Assembly (NCBI GenBank): GCA_045561235.1 | Contig: JBJKYB010000001.1 | Coordinates: 10,566-74,565, forward strand | Direction of reading: 5' to 3' | DNA from: Gammaproteobacteria bacterium | GTDB taxonomy: Bacteria; Pseudomonadota; Gammaproteobacteria; Poriferisulfidales; GCA-002705445 | DNA: 64,000 bases | Part shown: positions 28,745 to 37,900 of the stretch, piece by piece | How the letters are laid out: each line of letters starts with the position of its first letter | Position numbering within the stretch: position 1 is the stretch's first letter | Notes under the pieces: model-generated | The model's input: only the letters and a program-made list of their open reading frames with translations | What the model was told of the DNA's origin: nothing | The model's database searches: none | Position numbers and translations under genes: made by a program

Positions 28745-29728
28745 TTATTTAAGTTTTGAAATTTTATTAAGTACATCTGTCCAGTCGCTAAATTTAATTG
28801 CCTTATCGTCAATATATGCGACAGCCCTTGGTTTTTCAGCTGTTACTTTAGAGATTAAATGAGACAAATTATTTTTCTCAAGCCATTCCCAAATCAACTG
28901 CGTGCCAGACTTACCGTCTATAAAACCTCTATCATGACGTGCTTTAGCTGTATAAACGATGACTGTATACTTTTTTGCAATCTCTTCAAGCGCTTCCTTT
29001 GCACCATCTACTACATCGTCATAAATTGTTCCATCGTGATAGCCTTTTGAGTTTTTATGTATAACCCCATCAAAATCTATCGCAATATTTACGTGCTCAT
29101 CAGGATATGAGTATTTTCTTTCCTTTGAGGCACCAGCTTGTCTATTTAATTGTTCCAAATCCTTTGGTTTGTTTTTGAAAATTGGAGGGGTAGCTTTTCC
29201 TGAACCATGTGTTAATTGGTAAGTTAAAAGAAGAGCAAGAACTTCAGCAGTATGGTAAAACTCAACCCCTTGAATTACTTCAGTCAAGTTACTTAAGTTT
29301 GAATTTGAGGGGTACGCCGTTATTAATCCGATTTGCATTCCTTCTAACTCTGCATACCCAAATGCATTTATGATATCTGTTGATGTACCTGAAGATGATA
29401 TTCCTAAGACTAGCGATTTGTCTTTTTGTTCTTTATTATATGAAACTGTTCGTTGTTGAAGCCAGTGAACAAGCCAATCATCAAAACTAGTATCATTTAT
29501 TAAGGATGTTGCAACGATAGCACTTCCAGGAGCTTGAGCATTTTTAGTACCATTTGAAAGCCTGGAAATATCAACAGATGCATGATCAGCTACAGCTAAG
29601 TTTCCGCCGTGTCCAATAATAAAAATATCATCGCAGTAATTAAATTTTTCTTGTAGTTCTTGCCACTCTTTAGAATCGGTTACTTCATTGAAAACATTAC
29701 CAATATTTTCAAAATTTAGTTTGTCCAT
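28745..29728 (-). CDS. SIS (GmhA-like) sugar isomerase domain fused to HAD phosphatase
   Basis: N-terminal IIGHGGNLAVADH...GISSSG; C-terminal IAIDFDGVIH...KP...YIDDKA. Confidence 0.75.
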   Translation of the reverse strand: MDKLNFENIGNVFNEVTDSKEWQELQEKFNYCDDIFIIGHGGNLAVADHASVDISRLSNGTKNAQAPGSAIVATSLINDTSFDDWLVHWLQQRTVSYNKEQKDKSLVLGISSSGTSTDIINAFGYAELEGMQIGLITAYPSNSNLSNLTEVIQGVEFYHTAEVLALLLTYQLTHGSGKATPPIFKNKPKDLEQLNRQAGASKERKYSYPDEHVNIAIDFDGVIHKNSKGYHDGTIYDDVVDGAKEALEEIAKKYTVIVYTAKARHDRGFIDGKSGTQLIWEWLEKNNLSHLISKVTAEKPRAVAYIDDKAIKFSDWTDVLNKISKLK

Positions 29729-29779
29729 GTAATGATTTTAATGATTTATATTTATATAGATAAACTCTAATTTATTTTT

Positions 29780-30472
29780 TTAATAAGAAATGAGGCCAGA
29801 GATTAGATTGTTTTTATATAAAGTTTCTGCAATTGTAAATTCATCAACAGTATTAATGTCTATAGACTGAAAGCTGTCAAGCTCAAAAAAACTTGGTTTA
29901 TGACCAATCAAAGCTTTAAGCTCTCTCATGCTATTCTTTTCAATGATTGAAATTCCATAATTAAGCATTTTTATCTTAGGCAAATCTTGGCTATTAGGGA
30001 CATTGTCAAGTCTATAGTTTAAAGGCTTTCCATCCAACCACAGGTGCCCAATTACATCATTAGTAGATGTAAGGCTATCATTTGTATTTAACATGAATTT
30101 TTCAATCGCATCATCATGTATTTTAGAGCTTATAAATGGAGAGCAAACAGGAGTTAAAAATATAAAATCAGTGTCTGTTGTTTCAGCAATATGTCCATGA
30201 AATTCGGAATTTGTTGCTTCACTGCTTGCAAAGTAATCATCTCTTAATTTTGTTTTTAAACCGTATTGTTTACCAATCTTAAGCATTTTTTCACTGTCGC
30301 TATTTATAATAATTTCATCGATGAGCTTACAATTTTTTAAAACTTTAATTTTTAACTCAAGTAGATTTGTGTCTGCAAATGGTCGTATATTTTTATCAGG
30401 TACTCTTTGAGACCCTTTTCTTACAGCAATTACTGCTGTCAGCTTCCCCTTTTTTTTATAGCTGTCCACCAT
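29780..30472 (-). CDS. CMP-nonulosonate/acylneuraminate cytidylyltransferase (NeuA family)
   Basis: AVIAVRKGSQRVPDKN, INSD, SPF, SQDL, SIDINT. Confidence 0.85.
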   Translation of the reverse strand: MVDSYKKKGKLTAVIAVRKGSQRVPDKNIRPFADTNLLELKIKVLKNCKLIDEIIINSDSEKMLKIGKQYGLKTKLRDDYFASSEATNSEFHGHIAETTDTDFIFLTPVCSPFISSKIHDDAIEKFMLNTNDSLTSTNDVIGHLWLDGKPLNYRLDNVPNSQDLPKIKMLNYGISIIEKNSMRELKALIGHKPSFFELDSFQSIDINTVDEFTIAETLYKNNLISGLISY

Positions 30473-31127
30473 TTACATCAATAACTGCACCATTTATATA
30501 ATTCGATAATTCTGAACATAAAAATACAACGGGTCCCACCTGATCTTCAATGCTTGCAAGCCTATTAAGTGGAATATTTTCACTAAGTTTTTCTTGTTCT
30601 TCTTTTGACATTGACTCAAGCAACATCTTTGTTTTCGTTTGGGATGGGCAAACACAATTAACATTAATATTTCTTGGTCCTAGCTCATAAGCTAGCTGTC
30701 TTGTAAAGCCTATGATCCCTGCTTTGGATGATGTGTAATGCAAACCGCTTACCAAGCTTCGATTTCTTCCTGCAATTGACGAAAAATTTACAATTCTTGA
30801 ACCACTTTTCATCAATTTTAAACTTTTTTTTGTTATATAAAAGATAGATGAAAGGTTTGTTGAAATAACATCATTCCACTCTTCAACTGATATATCATCA
30901 ATTTTATTTGTAGAGTTTATTGCAGCAACATTAATTAAAAAATCAACTTTACTTAAGTTTTGAAGAAAACTATCAACTTGTTGGGTATTTCTAATGTCAA
31001 TTCCTTCAGTTCTTGAAATAGAAAATACTTCTGAGCCTAATTCAGAAAATTTTGTTTTAATTCCCTCTCCAATACCACTAGAGCCTCCAACAATTAAAGA
31101 TGTTTTGCCGGTAAAATCAATCCTCAT
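30456..31127 (-). CDS. Short-chain dehydrogenase/reductase
   Basis: GGSSGIG, NFSS, YTSSK, VNGG. Confidence 0.92.
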   Translation of the reverse strand: MRIDFTGKTSLIVGGSSGIGEGIKTKFSELGSEVFSISRTEGIDIRNTQQVDSFLQNLSKVDFLINVAAINSTNKIDDISVEEWNDVISTNLSSIFYITKKSLKLMKSGSRIVNFSSIAGRNRSLVSGLHYTSSKAGIIGFTRQLAYELGPRNINVNCVCPSQTKTKMLLESMSKEEQEKLSENIPLNRLASIEDQVGPVVFLCSELSNYINGAVIDVNGGQL

Positions 31128-31542
31128 ATATATGTTCTACATCTGGCTTTGTTATAGCAAGTCTTGCTGCTGGCTTGTCACCAATAACAGTTATTTGGTG
31201 CCAAGTTTTTTCTTTTACAACGACAATATCTCCAACCGAAACTTCTTGCTGAACACCATCGATGCTCCATATATATGTTCCTTCAAGTATTACCCAACAC
31301 TCATCAGCATCTGGATGATAGTGAAGCCTATTTCCTTCACCGGGATTTTGTTTAATTATAACTCCAGCAAATCTTGAATTATATACGACTCTAGCAGCCC
31401 AAGAGTCATCAAAATTTAATTCGCTTTCAATTTTATAAATACTGTTACTTGTTAAGTTTTCGTAATCATGCCCAGGCTCTAATATAGAAAATTTAATACC
31501 GTCATCTTTTAAAACTTGCTCAACATTGTCATCTGACTTCAT
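31117..31542 (-). CDS. Cupin domain protein
   Basis: HYHPDADECW...GD...WH cupin motifs. Confidence 0.85.
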   Translation of the reverse strand: MKSDDNVEQVLKDDGIKFSILEPGHDYENLTSNSIYKIESELNFDDSWAARVVYNSRFAGVIIKQNPGEGNRLHYHPDADECWVILEGTYIWSIDGVQQEVSVGDIVVVKEKTWHQITVIGDKPAARLAITKPDVEHIYED

Positions 31543-31667
31543 GAGATTATATTAGTAGATAAGTTTAAAATATTTCTTTCTATTTTTATGTTTATAAGTA
31601 TTTATCAAAATTTTTATTGCATTAGATATTACAAAGCAACTTTTATAATTACTACAAGACAAAAATT

Positions 31668-32141
31668 ATGAAAAATTTAAAATATATTGCACTATTAGTA
31701 GCAAGCTCATTAATCTTTTATACCTTTCATCTTTTGACTTGGTCTATATTTAAAAATATTTTCTCATCTCTTTTTTCAACTTTTTTTGTTCAACTTTTTC
31801 TTTATATACTTTTATTGATCTATTATTTAAAAACAGATTTATTTAAAATACTGTCCTTAATTACACCACTAATTCTAGGAAGTACTTTATATTTCATAAC
31901 TGTAATATCGTTTACAGAGAGATCATTAACCGTTGATATGATAACTACTTTGGACTCGAATATTGAAATGTCTTTAGATGAATTTTCTTCAGCAATAGAT
32001 TTTGAGTCTTACCTATCTAAAAGAATTTCTGAACAAGAAATTACAGGAATTGTTAAAAAAGAGTCTGACTATTACTCATTGAGCAATCGAGGTAAATTTG
32101 TGTCCAAAATATATAAATTTTTTATTAAATTTTATAACTAA
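31668..32141 (+). CDS. Hypothetical membrane protein with possible winged-helix C-terminus
   Basis: 3 TM then KRISEQ...GIV...YSLSNRG pattern. Confidence 0.55.
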   Translation: MKNLKYIALLVASSLIFYTFHLLTWSIFKNIFSSLFSTFFVQLFLYILLLIYYLKTDLFKILSLITPLILGSTLYFITVISFTERSLTVDMITTLDSNIEMSLDEFSSAIDFESYLSKRISEQEITGIVKKESDYYSLSNRGKFVSKIYKFFIKFYN

Positions 32142-32760
32142 ATATCGAACTATTGGCTTCCCAAATACTTGAATTTTCTGGGTCTGTCATAACATAATCG
32201 AGCTTAATTTTTTCATTTTGAAGTTTTTTAATAAAGATATTTAAATCTGAATTAATGTCCCATCTTTCTGGTGAAACTAAAACAGTATTCAAATCATCTA
32301 ACATATAATTTTTTATTTTGCTTAAATCTAAATTTTCATAAGTATCAATCCATACCCACTTAACATATTGAGAAAAATTTTTAACAGTTTCTATTGATTC
32401 GAGCTTAGAATATCTAATTGATAAGTATTTGCCAAACTTTTTTTGATTCTTTATTAAAAAAGGCATTTCGCAATCTAAAAGAAAGAATTTTTCACTATAA
32501 CTTTGTAAAAGATTAATTACTCTTTCCTCGATGCCAGCTTCTTTTATATTTGCAATCAAAAGCCTTCCTTCGCAAAGTTTAATAAAATCATCTAAAAAGT
32601 TAAGCTCGTCATTAGCTCCAACAGGGTCATGGCTTAATACAAGATCACCATTGTTACTTCTTACATCAAACTCAACGCCATAATTTGGATTAATTTCAGA
32701 CAAATATCTAGTATCATTTACTTTATGAATAATTATGTTGCTCAAACCTTCTTTTGTCAT
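32125..32760 (-). CDS. PI-PLC/glycerophosphodiester phosphodiesterase-like protein
   Basis: IIIHKVN, GVEFDVR, LVLSHDP, NIKE, WVWID, LVSPE. Confidence 0.7.
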   Translation of the reverse strand: MTKEGLSNIIIHKVNDTRYLSEINPNYGVEFDVRSNNGDLVLSHDPVGANDELNFLDDFIKLCEGRLLIANIKEAGIEERVINLLQSYSEKFFLLDCEMPFLIKNQKKFGKYLSIRYSKLESIETVKNFSQYVKWVWIDTYENLDLSKIKNYMLDDLNTVLVSPERWDINSDLNIFIKKLQNEKIKLDYVMTDPENSSIWEANSSIFSYKI

Positions 32761-32767
32761 TAATGAT

Positions 32768-33457
32768 ATGTTAAACCAAGTAAAACAAAGAGTCTATTTA
32801 TCAAACAAATCACTTAAAGAAAGTGATTTGGTTATTCAAAGCTTTGGAAATGTAAGCGAAAGATTTGAAGATAAGTTGGTCATAAAGCCATCAGGAATAA
32901 ATCTATTCTCTTGCAATGGAGAAGACATGTCAGTTGTTGATATAGAAACTGGTAAAAATTTATCTGAACTAAACCCATCTGTAGACGAGCCAACTCATAG
33001 GATTATGTACAATGCCTTTCCTGAAATCAATAGTGTAGTACATACCCATTCTTTATACGCTACCTCATTTGCACAGGCTAAAATTTCAATTAAAAACTTT
33101 GGTACTACTCATTCTGATTTTACAAAACATACAATACCCTGTACTAAGACAATTTCTGAAGAGTTTACAAAAAAAAATTATGAAGAAAATACAGGTATTT
33201 TAATTGTTGATACCTTAAAAAAACTTAATATAAGCCCTCTTGAGATTCCGGGAATACTTGTAGCTAATCATGGCGTATTTTCGTGGGCAGAAGATATTGA
33301 AACTGCAGTTAGGAACGCAGAAGCAATTGAGTACATTGCTCATTTATCTTTTAACACGTTAATAATTGAACCAAACATAAATATTATCGAACCTTATATA
33401 TCAGAATTACATCATAATAGAAAACATGGAGACAACTCCTATTATGGTCAAAACTAG
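32768..33457 (+). CDS. araD: L-ribulose-5-phosphate 4-epimerase (class II aldolase fold)
   Basis: GNVS, IKPSG, PSVDEPTH, VVHTHS, GTTHSD, LVANHG, RKHG..YYGQ; start moved to ATG 32768. Confidence 0.88.
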   Translation: MLNQVKQRVYLSNKSLKESDLVIQSFGNVSERFEDKLVIKPSGINLFSCNGEDMSVVDIETGKNLSELNPSVDEPTHRIMYNAFPEINSVVHTHSLYATSFAQAKISIKNFGTTHSDFTKHTIPCTKTISEEFTKKNYEENTGILIVDTLKKLNISPLEIPGILVANHGVFSWAEDIETAVRNAEAIEYIAHLSFNTLIIEPNINIIEPYISELHHNRKHGDNSYYGQN

Positions 33458-34493
33458 TGTTGCAGGTACCTTTAAAAAGGTTGTTGTTAAAAATAGATAT
33501 CTAATAACCTATATTTTTTTTGGAGCATTAAGCCTACTTATTGAAATATCATTAAGAATTTTCTTAAATCAACTCTTAAATTTTGAGTATATAAATATTT
33601 ATGCTGTTATTTTTGGAATTTTGTTTTCTGCGTATGCGAATTTGAAATTTAATTTCAATGTACCGAGAAAAAAATATCTTCGCTCTGTGACTTATTTTTT
33701 TTTAGTATCAATTTCGTCATACCTATCTCAATTATTTTTTGTTGATCAAATTCCAAATCTTCTTCCTGAAAATGAATATTTGTCACGAATTCTTGTTTCT
33801 GGAATCTTTTTTATCTTTTTTTATTTTGTTCATTTAAATTTTACTTTTTCAAAAATAGTAAAAATTGGATATGCTGTACATCCAAAAAGTGATATGAATT
33901 TAGGTAAGGATGAAGATACTGCAATTGATTACTCTGATTTTATTCATATAGATCTAATTGATGAAAGTTACAATATTGATAATATTTGTAATGACATTCT
34001 TCTAATAAATTCGCTGATTTCAAAACTGAAAACTAAAGAAATTCAAATTCACATTATGTCTAAAAATCCTGGGCAGTATTTAAATCAAATTTCTTTGGAA
34101 TACGTGGATGTTTTTATTCACTATGAAGATTTAGCAAGTGTTGCTGAAGAAATATATATCGGTAAAAATAATTTTGGAGTAGTTTTAAACGATCCAAAAA
34201 TAGACAGCTCAGAATTAAAAACAATAGTAAATAAATTTAAAAAAATTATGATACTTTGTATTGATAAGCCAGGTTTTTCTGGACAAAAGTTTAATGAAGA
34301 ATATTTTGAATTATTGGACAAGCTCTATCAAATAAAACTTCAGGATACTGAAATTACAGTTGATGGAGGAATTAATAATTTAAATGTTAAAAACTTTTCA
34401 GTTGAAAAAATTGTATCCCAAAGCTATTTATCAAATGGCAATAATCCAATAGAAAAAATTATTAATTTAAAAGATTCTAATAAGTATGGTTAG
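33444..34493 (+). CDS. GtrA-like flippase fused to ribulose-phosphate 3-epimerase domain
   Basis: N-terminal 4 TM with YIFFG...N.KFNF...FTF; C-terminal HIDLID, HIM, PGFSGQKF, VDGGIN. Confidence 0.75.
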   Translation: MVKTSVAGTFKKVVVKNRYLITYIFFGALSLLIEISLRIFLNQLLNFEYINIYAVIFGILFSAYANLKFNFNVPRKKYLRSVTYFFLVSISSYLSQLFFVDQIPNLLPENEYLSRILVSGIFFIFFYFVHLNFTFSKIVKIGYAVHPKSDMNLGKDEDTAIDYSDFIHIDLIDESYNIDNICNDILLINSLISKLKTKEIQIHIMSKNPGQYLNQISLEYVDVFIHYEDLASVAEEIYIGKNNFGVVLNDPKIDSSELKTIVNKFKKIMILCIDKPGFSGQKFNEEYFELLDKLYQIKLQDTEITVDGGINNLNVKNFSVEKIVSQSYLSNGNNPIEKIINLKDSNKYG

Positions 34494-34496
34494 GCC

Positions 34497-35903
34497 ATGA
34501 GAAAAGATTATATTGAAAGCTTGCTAAGTGGAGTATCAATAATACCGAGTGTTCTTTCAGTAAATCTAGTTGGAAGTTATTTTGAAAAACAACTAGAAGA
34601 TATTTCCGACATAGACTTTGTAATTGTTGTAAAAAAACTTGATAGAGAAATTTATGATTACATTCTAAATTATTTCAAAAAATTTGATCATAAGAAATTT
34701 TTAGGAAATTATGAAATTCAAATCAATTCTTCATTTGGGCCACTGAAAATTTATGATGATAAATTAATAATTCTTCACATAATGATTTATGACATAGATG
34801 GGCATGTAGAGCATGTAATAAATAGCCCCTTTACTTGTTTCGACTGGGAAAGAACAGAAAATTTTAAATTAAACAAATTGAATAAACTTTTTCCAGTTGG
34901 AAGATTAATGTTAAATGATTTTTTAAATGCAAGAAGAGGAGTTGTTGATTATAAAAATGATATTAAAAAAAATCAATTATCAATTAGAGAATACAGTTTT
35001 GAAAATCAATCAAATTATGCAGTTTCTAAGAAATATATTGAACTTGATTCAATTCATTTGACGGAATATACATATCATATAGTTAAAAATTTGCTAAACA
35101 ATTATGTCAAATTTTTATTAAATATAAATGAATTAGAAAAAATAGATGATGAGAATTACTCCAAGCATTTAGGATTGACTTATACAAAATATAAAGAAAA
35201 AATTTATGAGATTAAAAATAGAAAAGACACAAGAAGTCCATCAACACAAAACGATGTAACTTGGGTCAGTGAATTTTTAGATGAATTTTATAGGAAGACT
35301 GAGTTTATTTATCAAGACTCTACTAAATTAATATTTATACGGCACGCCAAAACTAAATCAAATAATTTACCAATATTTTTTGGAACTAAGAATAATTCAG
35401 AAATTATAAATAAAGATAAGGTAAAAAGTAAGTACGAGAAATATACCTGTTATACTTCTCCTTCAATTAGGGCAAAACAAACTGTGTCTAAGTACGGATT
35501 TGATAACTTTACGGAATCAGAGCTACTTTCTGAAATAGATTACGGTAAGGCTGATGGCATGTTGTTTGACGAATTTAAAGAAAATTACAGTGAAATTATT
35601 AGAAAATGGTCTGAAAAAGAAGATCCTAGGTTTCCAGAAGGTGAAAACAACTATGATGTTTCATTGAGAGTCGAAAAATTTTTAAATTCCACTAAATTTA
35701 GCGATTCATTTATTGTTACACATCAAGTATTTCTCCGTTGCCTTTTTGGAAAATTATTTAATATACCCATACACCTGTGGTATTTAATCAACATCCCTCA
35801 CAACACACCTCTCGAAGTAATTAAAATAAACCATACCTATTATCCAAATATTTCAAGAAATATGTATAAAGTAATGTTTAAGAATTTTATACATCAGGAG
35901 TAA
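34497..35903 (+). CDS. Pol-beta-like nucleotidyltransferase domain fused to histidine phosphatase
   Basis: N-terminal VGS...SDIDFV; C-terminal FIRHA, SPSIRAKQT, EIDYG, GE, VTHQ. Confidence 0.72.
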   Translation: MRKDYIESLLSGVSIIPSVLSVNLVGSYFEKQLEDISDIDFVIVVKKLDREIYDYILNYFKKFDHKKFLGNYEIQINSSFGPLKIYDDKLIILHIMIYDIDGHVEHVINSPFTCFDWERTENFKLNKLNKLFPVGRLMLNDFLNARRGVVDYKNDIKKNQLSIREYSFENQSNYAVSKKYIELDSIHLTEYTYHIVKNLLNNYVKFLLNINELEKIDDENYSKHLGLTYTKYKEKIYEIKNRKDTRSPSTQNDVTWVSEFLDEFYRKTEFIYQDSTKLIFIRHAKTKSNNLPIFFGTKNNSEIINKDKVKSKYEKYTCYTSPSIRAKQTVSKYGFDNFTESELLSEIDYGKADGMLFDEFKENYSEIIRKWSEKEDPRFPEGENNYDVSLRVEKFLNSTKFSDSFIVTHQVFLRCLFGKLFNIPIHLWYLINIPHNTPLEVIKINHTYYPNISRNMYKVMFKNFIHQE

Positions 35904-35905
35904 AT

Positions 35906-36490
35906 ATGAAACAAAAATTTGCAATAGTTATTGAACCAAGTAAAGAATTAAGTAAAGAAATTTCTGAAATAAAACAAAGCTTCAAAGATTATTCAATTAA
36001 TGATTATATCGATCACCCTAATCACTTGACATTACTACACGGATATTTTGAAGAGAATGACTTGATTAAGGTTTTAGAAAATTTTATATTTAAAGAGATA
36101 GAAATTTCTACGAATAAAATCGAGTGTTTTGAAAATGATTTACTTACCGATTCTAAGACCCTGTTTCTTTCAATTCAGCCACAAAAAGAGCTTATTGATT
36201 TACAACTTAGATTAATTGAAATATTAAAAGAGTACATTGACAATAATGATTTAGAATCTTTATTTTTACCTGAAACTAATTATGGCAAAAATTTAAACAT
36301 TTATAAATATCCATATGTAGGCTCTGATTGGATTCCTCATTTTACGATATGTAGTTTAGAAAATATTGATAGTACAGAATATAAAAAAACGATAAATAAA
36401 CAAATTACTAAAACTTTTAAAGTAAATAAAATCATCATTTTTAAAGTAAATAATTCCGAGCATCTAAAAATAGCGCAAATTTCATCATGA
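35906..36490 (+). CDS. 2H phosphoesterase (2'-5' RNA ligase/cyclic phosphodiesterase fold)
   Basis: Two HxT motifs: HLTL and PHFTI. Confidence 0.8.
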   Translation: MKQKFAIVIEPSKELSKEISEIKQSFKDYSINDYIDHPNHLTLLHGYFEENDLIKVLENFIFKEIEISTNKIECFENDLLTDSKTLFLSIQPQKELIDLQLRLIEILKEYIDNNDLESLFLPETNYGKNLNIYKYPYVGSDWIPHFTICSLENIDSTEYKKTINKQITKTFKVNKIIIFKVNNSEHLKIAQISS

Positions 36491-37212
36491 ATACAAATGT
36501 ATTTTTAATGAGTGGTCGAGGTCAGCGCTTTAAAAATAGTAGCTATGATGTACCAAAACAATTTCTTAAGATAAAAAATAGTAAATATATTATTGATGAA
36601 ATAATACAAAATAGTCCCACTGCTGATGAAACTATATTTGTAATTAATGACGAATTAAATAATTATGATATTTATAAAGAGTGGATATCTAGTTTGAAGT
36701 TTAAATTTAGAATACACAACGTAGGCACATTAACTGAAGGTCAAGCCTCTTCTTTATACTCTATAAAAGACATAGTCAATAAGTCTTCAAGTTTATTTGT
36801 ATCTCCGTGTGATACTGTCATTTATAGCAAAAAGGTAAAAAATATATTTTCAACCTCAGCTGAACATGCAGTTTTCACGGTAAACCCAAATAATTATCAT
36901 ATTAAAAACAGCTCTCAATTTGGATGGGTTGAAAACACTTCACAGAACATAAAAATTTATTGTAAGGAAATGCCAAGTAATTTACTGTTGAGTAATGTAA
37001 TTTTAGGATTTTTTTATTATAAAAATTTTTCTGTTTTTGAAAAAGGTTATTCTCAAGTAGTGAAACAAAATACAAAAGTAAACAATGAATACTATTTAGA
37101 TACAGTTATTGAATCTTTGTTGAACAAGGAAAATAAATTTGAAGAGATAATTGTAAAAAAATATTTATCATTTGGCACTCCAAAAGAATACGAAAAAAAT
37201 AAAAATGTTTAA
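36487..37212 (+). CDS. Sugar-phosphate nucleotidyltransferase (NTP transferase family)
   Basis: MSGRGQRF...PKQFL, TEGQA, CD, NEYY, FGTPKE. Confidence 0.8.
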   Translation: MNTNVFLMSGRGQRFKNSSYDVPKQFLKIKNSKYIIDEIIQNSPTADETIFVINDELNNYDIYKEWISSLKFKFRIHNVGTLTEGQASSLYSIKDIVNKSSSLFVSPCDTVIYSKKVKNIFSTSAEHAVFTVNPNNYHIKNSSQFGWVENTSQNIKIYCKEMPSNLLLSNVILGFFYYKNFSVFEKGYSQVVKQNTKVNNEYYLDTVIESLLNKENKFEEIIVKKYLSFGTPKEYEKNKNV

Positions 37213-37900
37213 ACTAACTTTAGTTTTGCCCTGTTATAACGAAGAAGAAAATATTGATACATTATTTAAAAATTTTTATGATTGCATAGAAAATTTAAAT
37301 GATACGTGTATTTTGTTTCTCGATAATGGATCTACTGATAATTCTTTAATTAAAATAAAAGAAAACATTAATAAATACCACATACCAAATTTTAGCTATA
37401 TGTCATTAAAGCAAAATAAAGGTTATGGATATGGTTTAAAAATTGCTTTAAGCAATATTACTACTCCGTATATCGGTATATCTCATGCTGATCTTCAAAT
37501 TCCTGCTGAAGAAACAATTAATATAGCGAAATTATTTTTAGCAGCTGATAAAAATAGTTTGCATATGGGAAAACGTAAAGGAAGAAGCGTGTTAGATAAG
37601 TTTTTTACAAAAGGAATGCTTTTTATTGTTTTCTTATTTACAGGAATTATATTTAAAGATATAAACGCTCAACCAAAATACTTTAAAAATTCAAAAGACT
37701 TTTACTTTGACAATTTTCCAAATGATTTTAATTTTGATTTACATCTTTTATTAAAAATTAAAAAAATGTCAAAATTGATAAATTATTACGAAATAGATTT
37801 CCTTGAGAGAAAAGCAGGTATTGCAAAAGGTGGTGGAAGTGTTAAAGGAAAGATTAAACTAACACTGTCTACTTTAAGATATTTAATTGGAAAAAAATAA
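37205..37900 (+). CDS. GT2 polyprenyl-phosphate glycosyltransferase (GtrB/DPM1-like)
   Basis: LVLPCYNEEEN, DNGSTD, NKGYG, HADLQ; start moved to ATG 37205. Confidence 0.85.
   Translation: MFKLTLVLPCYNEEENIDTLFKNFYDCIENLNDTCILFLDNGSTDNSLIKIKENINKYHIPNFSYMSLKQNKGYGYGLKIALSNITTPYIGISHADLQIPAEETINIAKLFLAADKNSLHMGKRKGRSVLDKFFTKGMLFIVFLFTGIIFKDINAQPKYFKNSKDFYFDNFPNDFNFDLHLLLKIKKMSKLINYYEIDFLERKAGIAKGGGSVKGKIKLTLSTLRYLIGKK

Noticed and set aside
32768-33457. Arabinose catabolism operon
   Set aside because: No araA, araB, regulator or transporter nearby
34497-36490. CBASS-like or other antiphage nucleotide signalling system
   Set aside because: No recognisable effector (patatin, TIR, SAVED, nuclease); genes are tightly coupled to sugar epimerases and transferases, so a glycan role is more parsimonious
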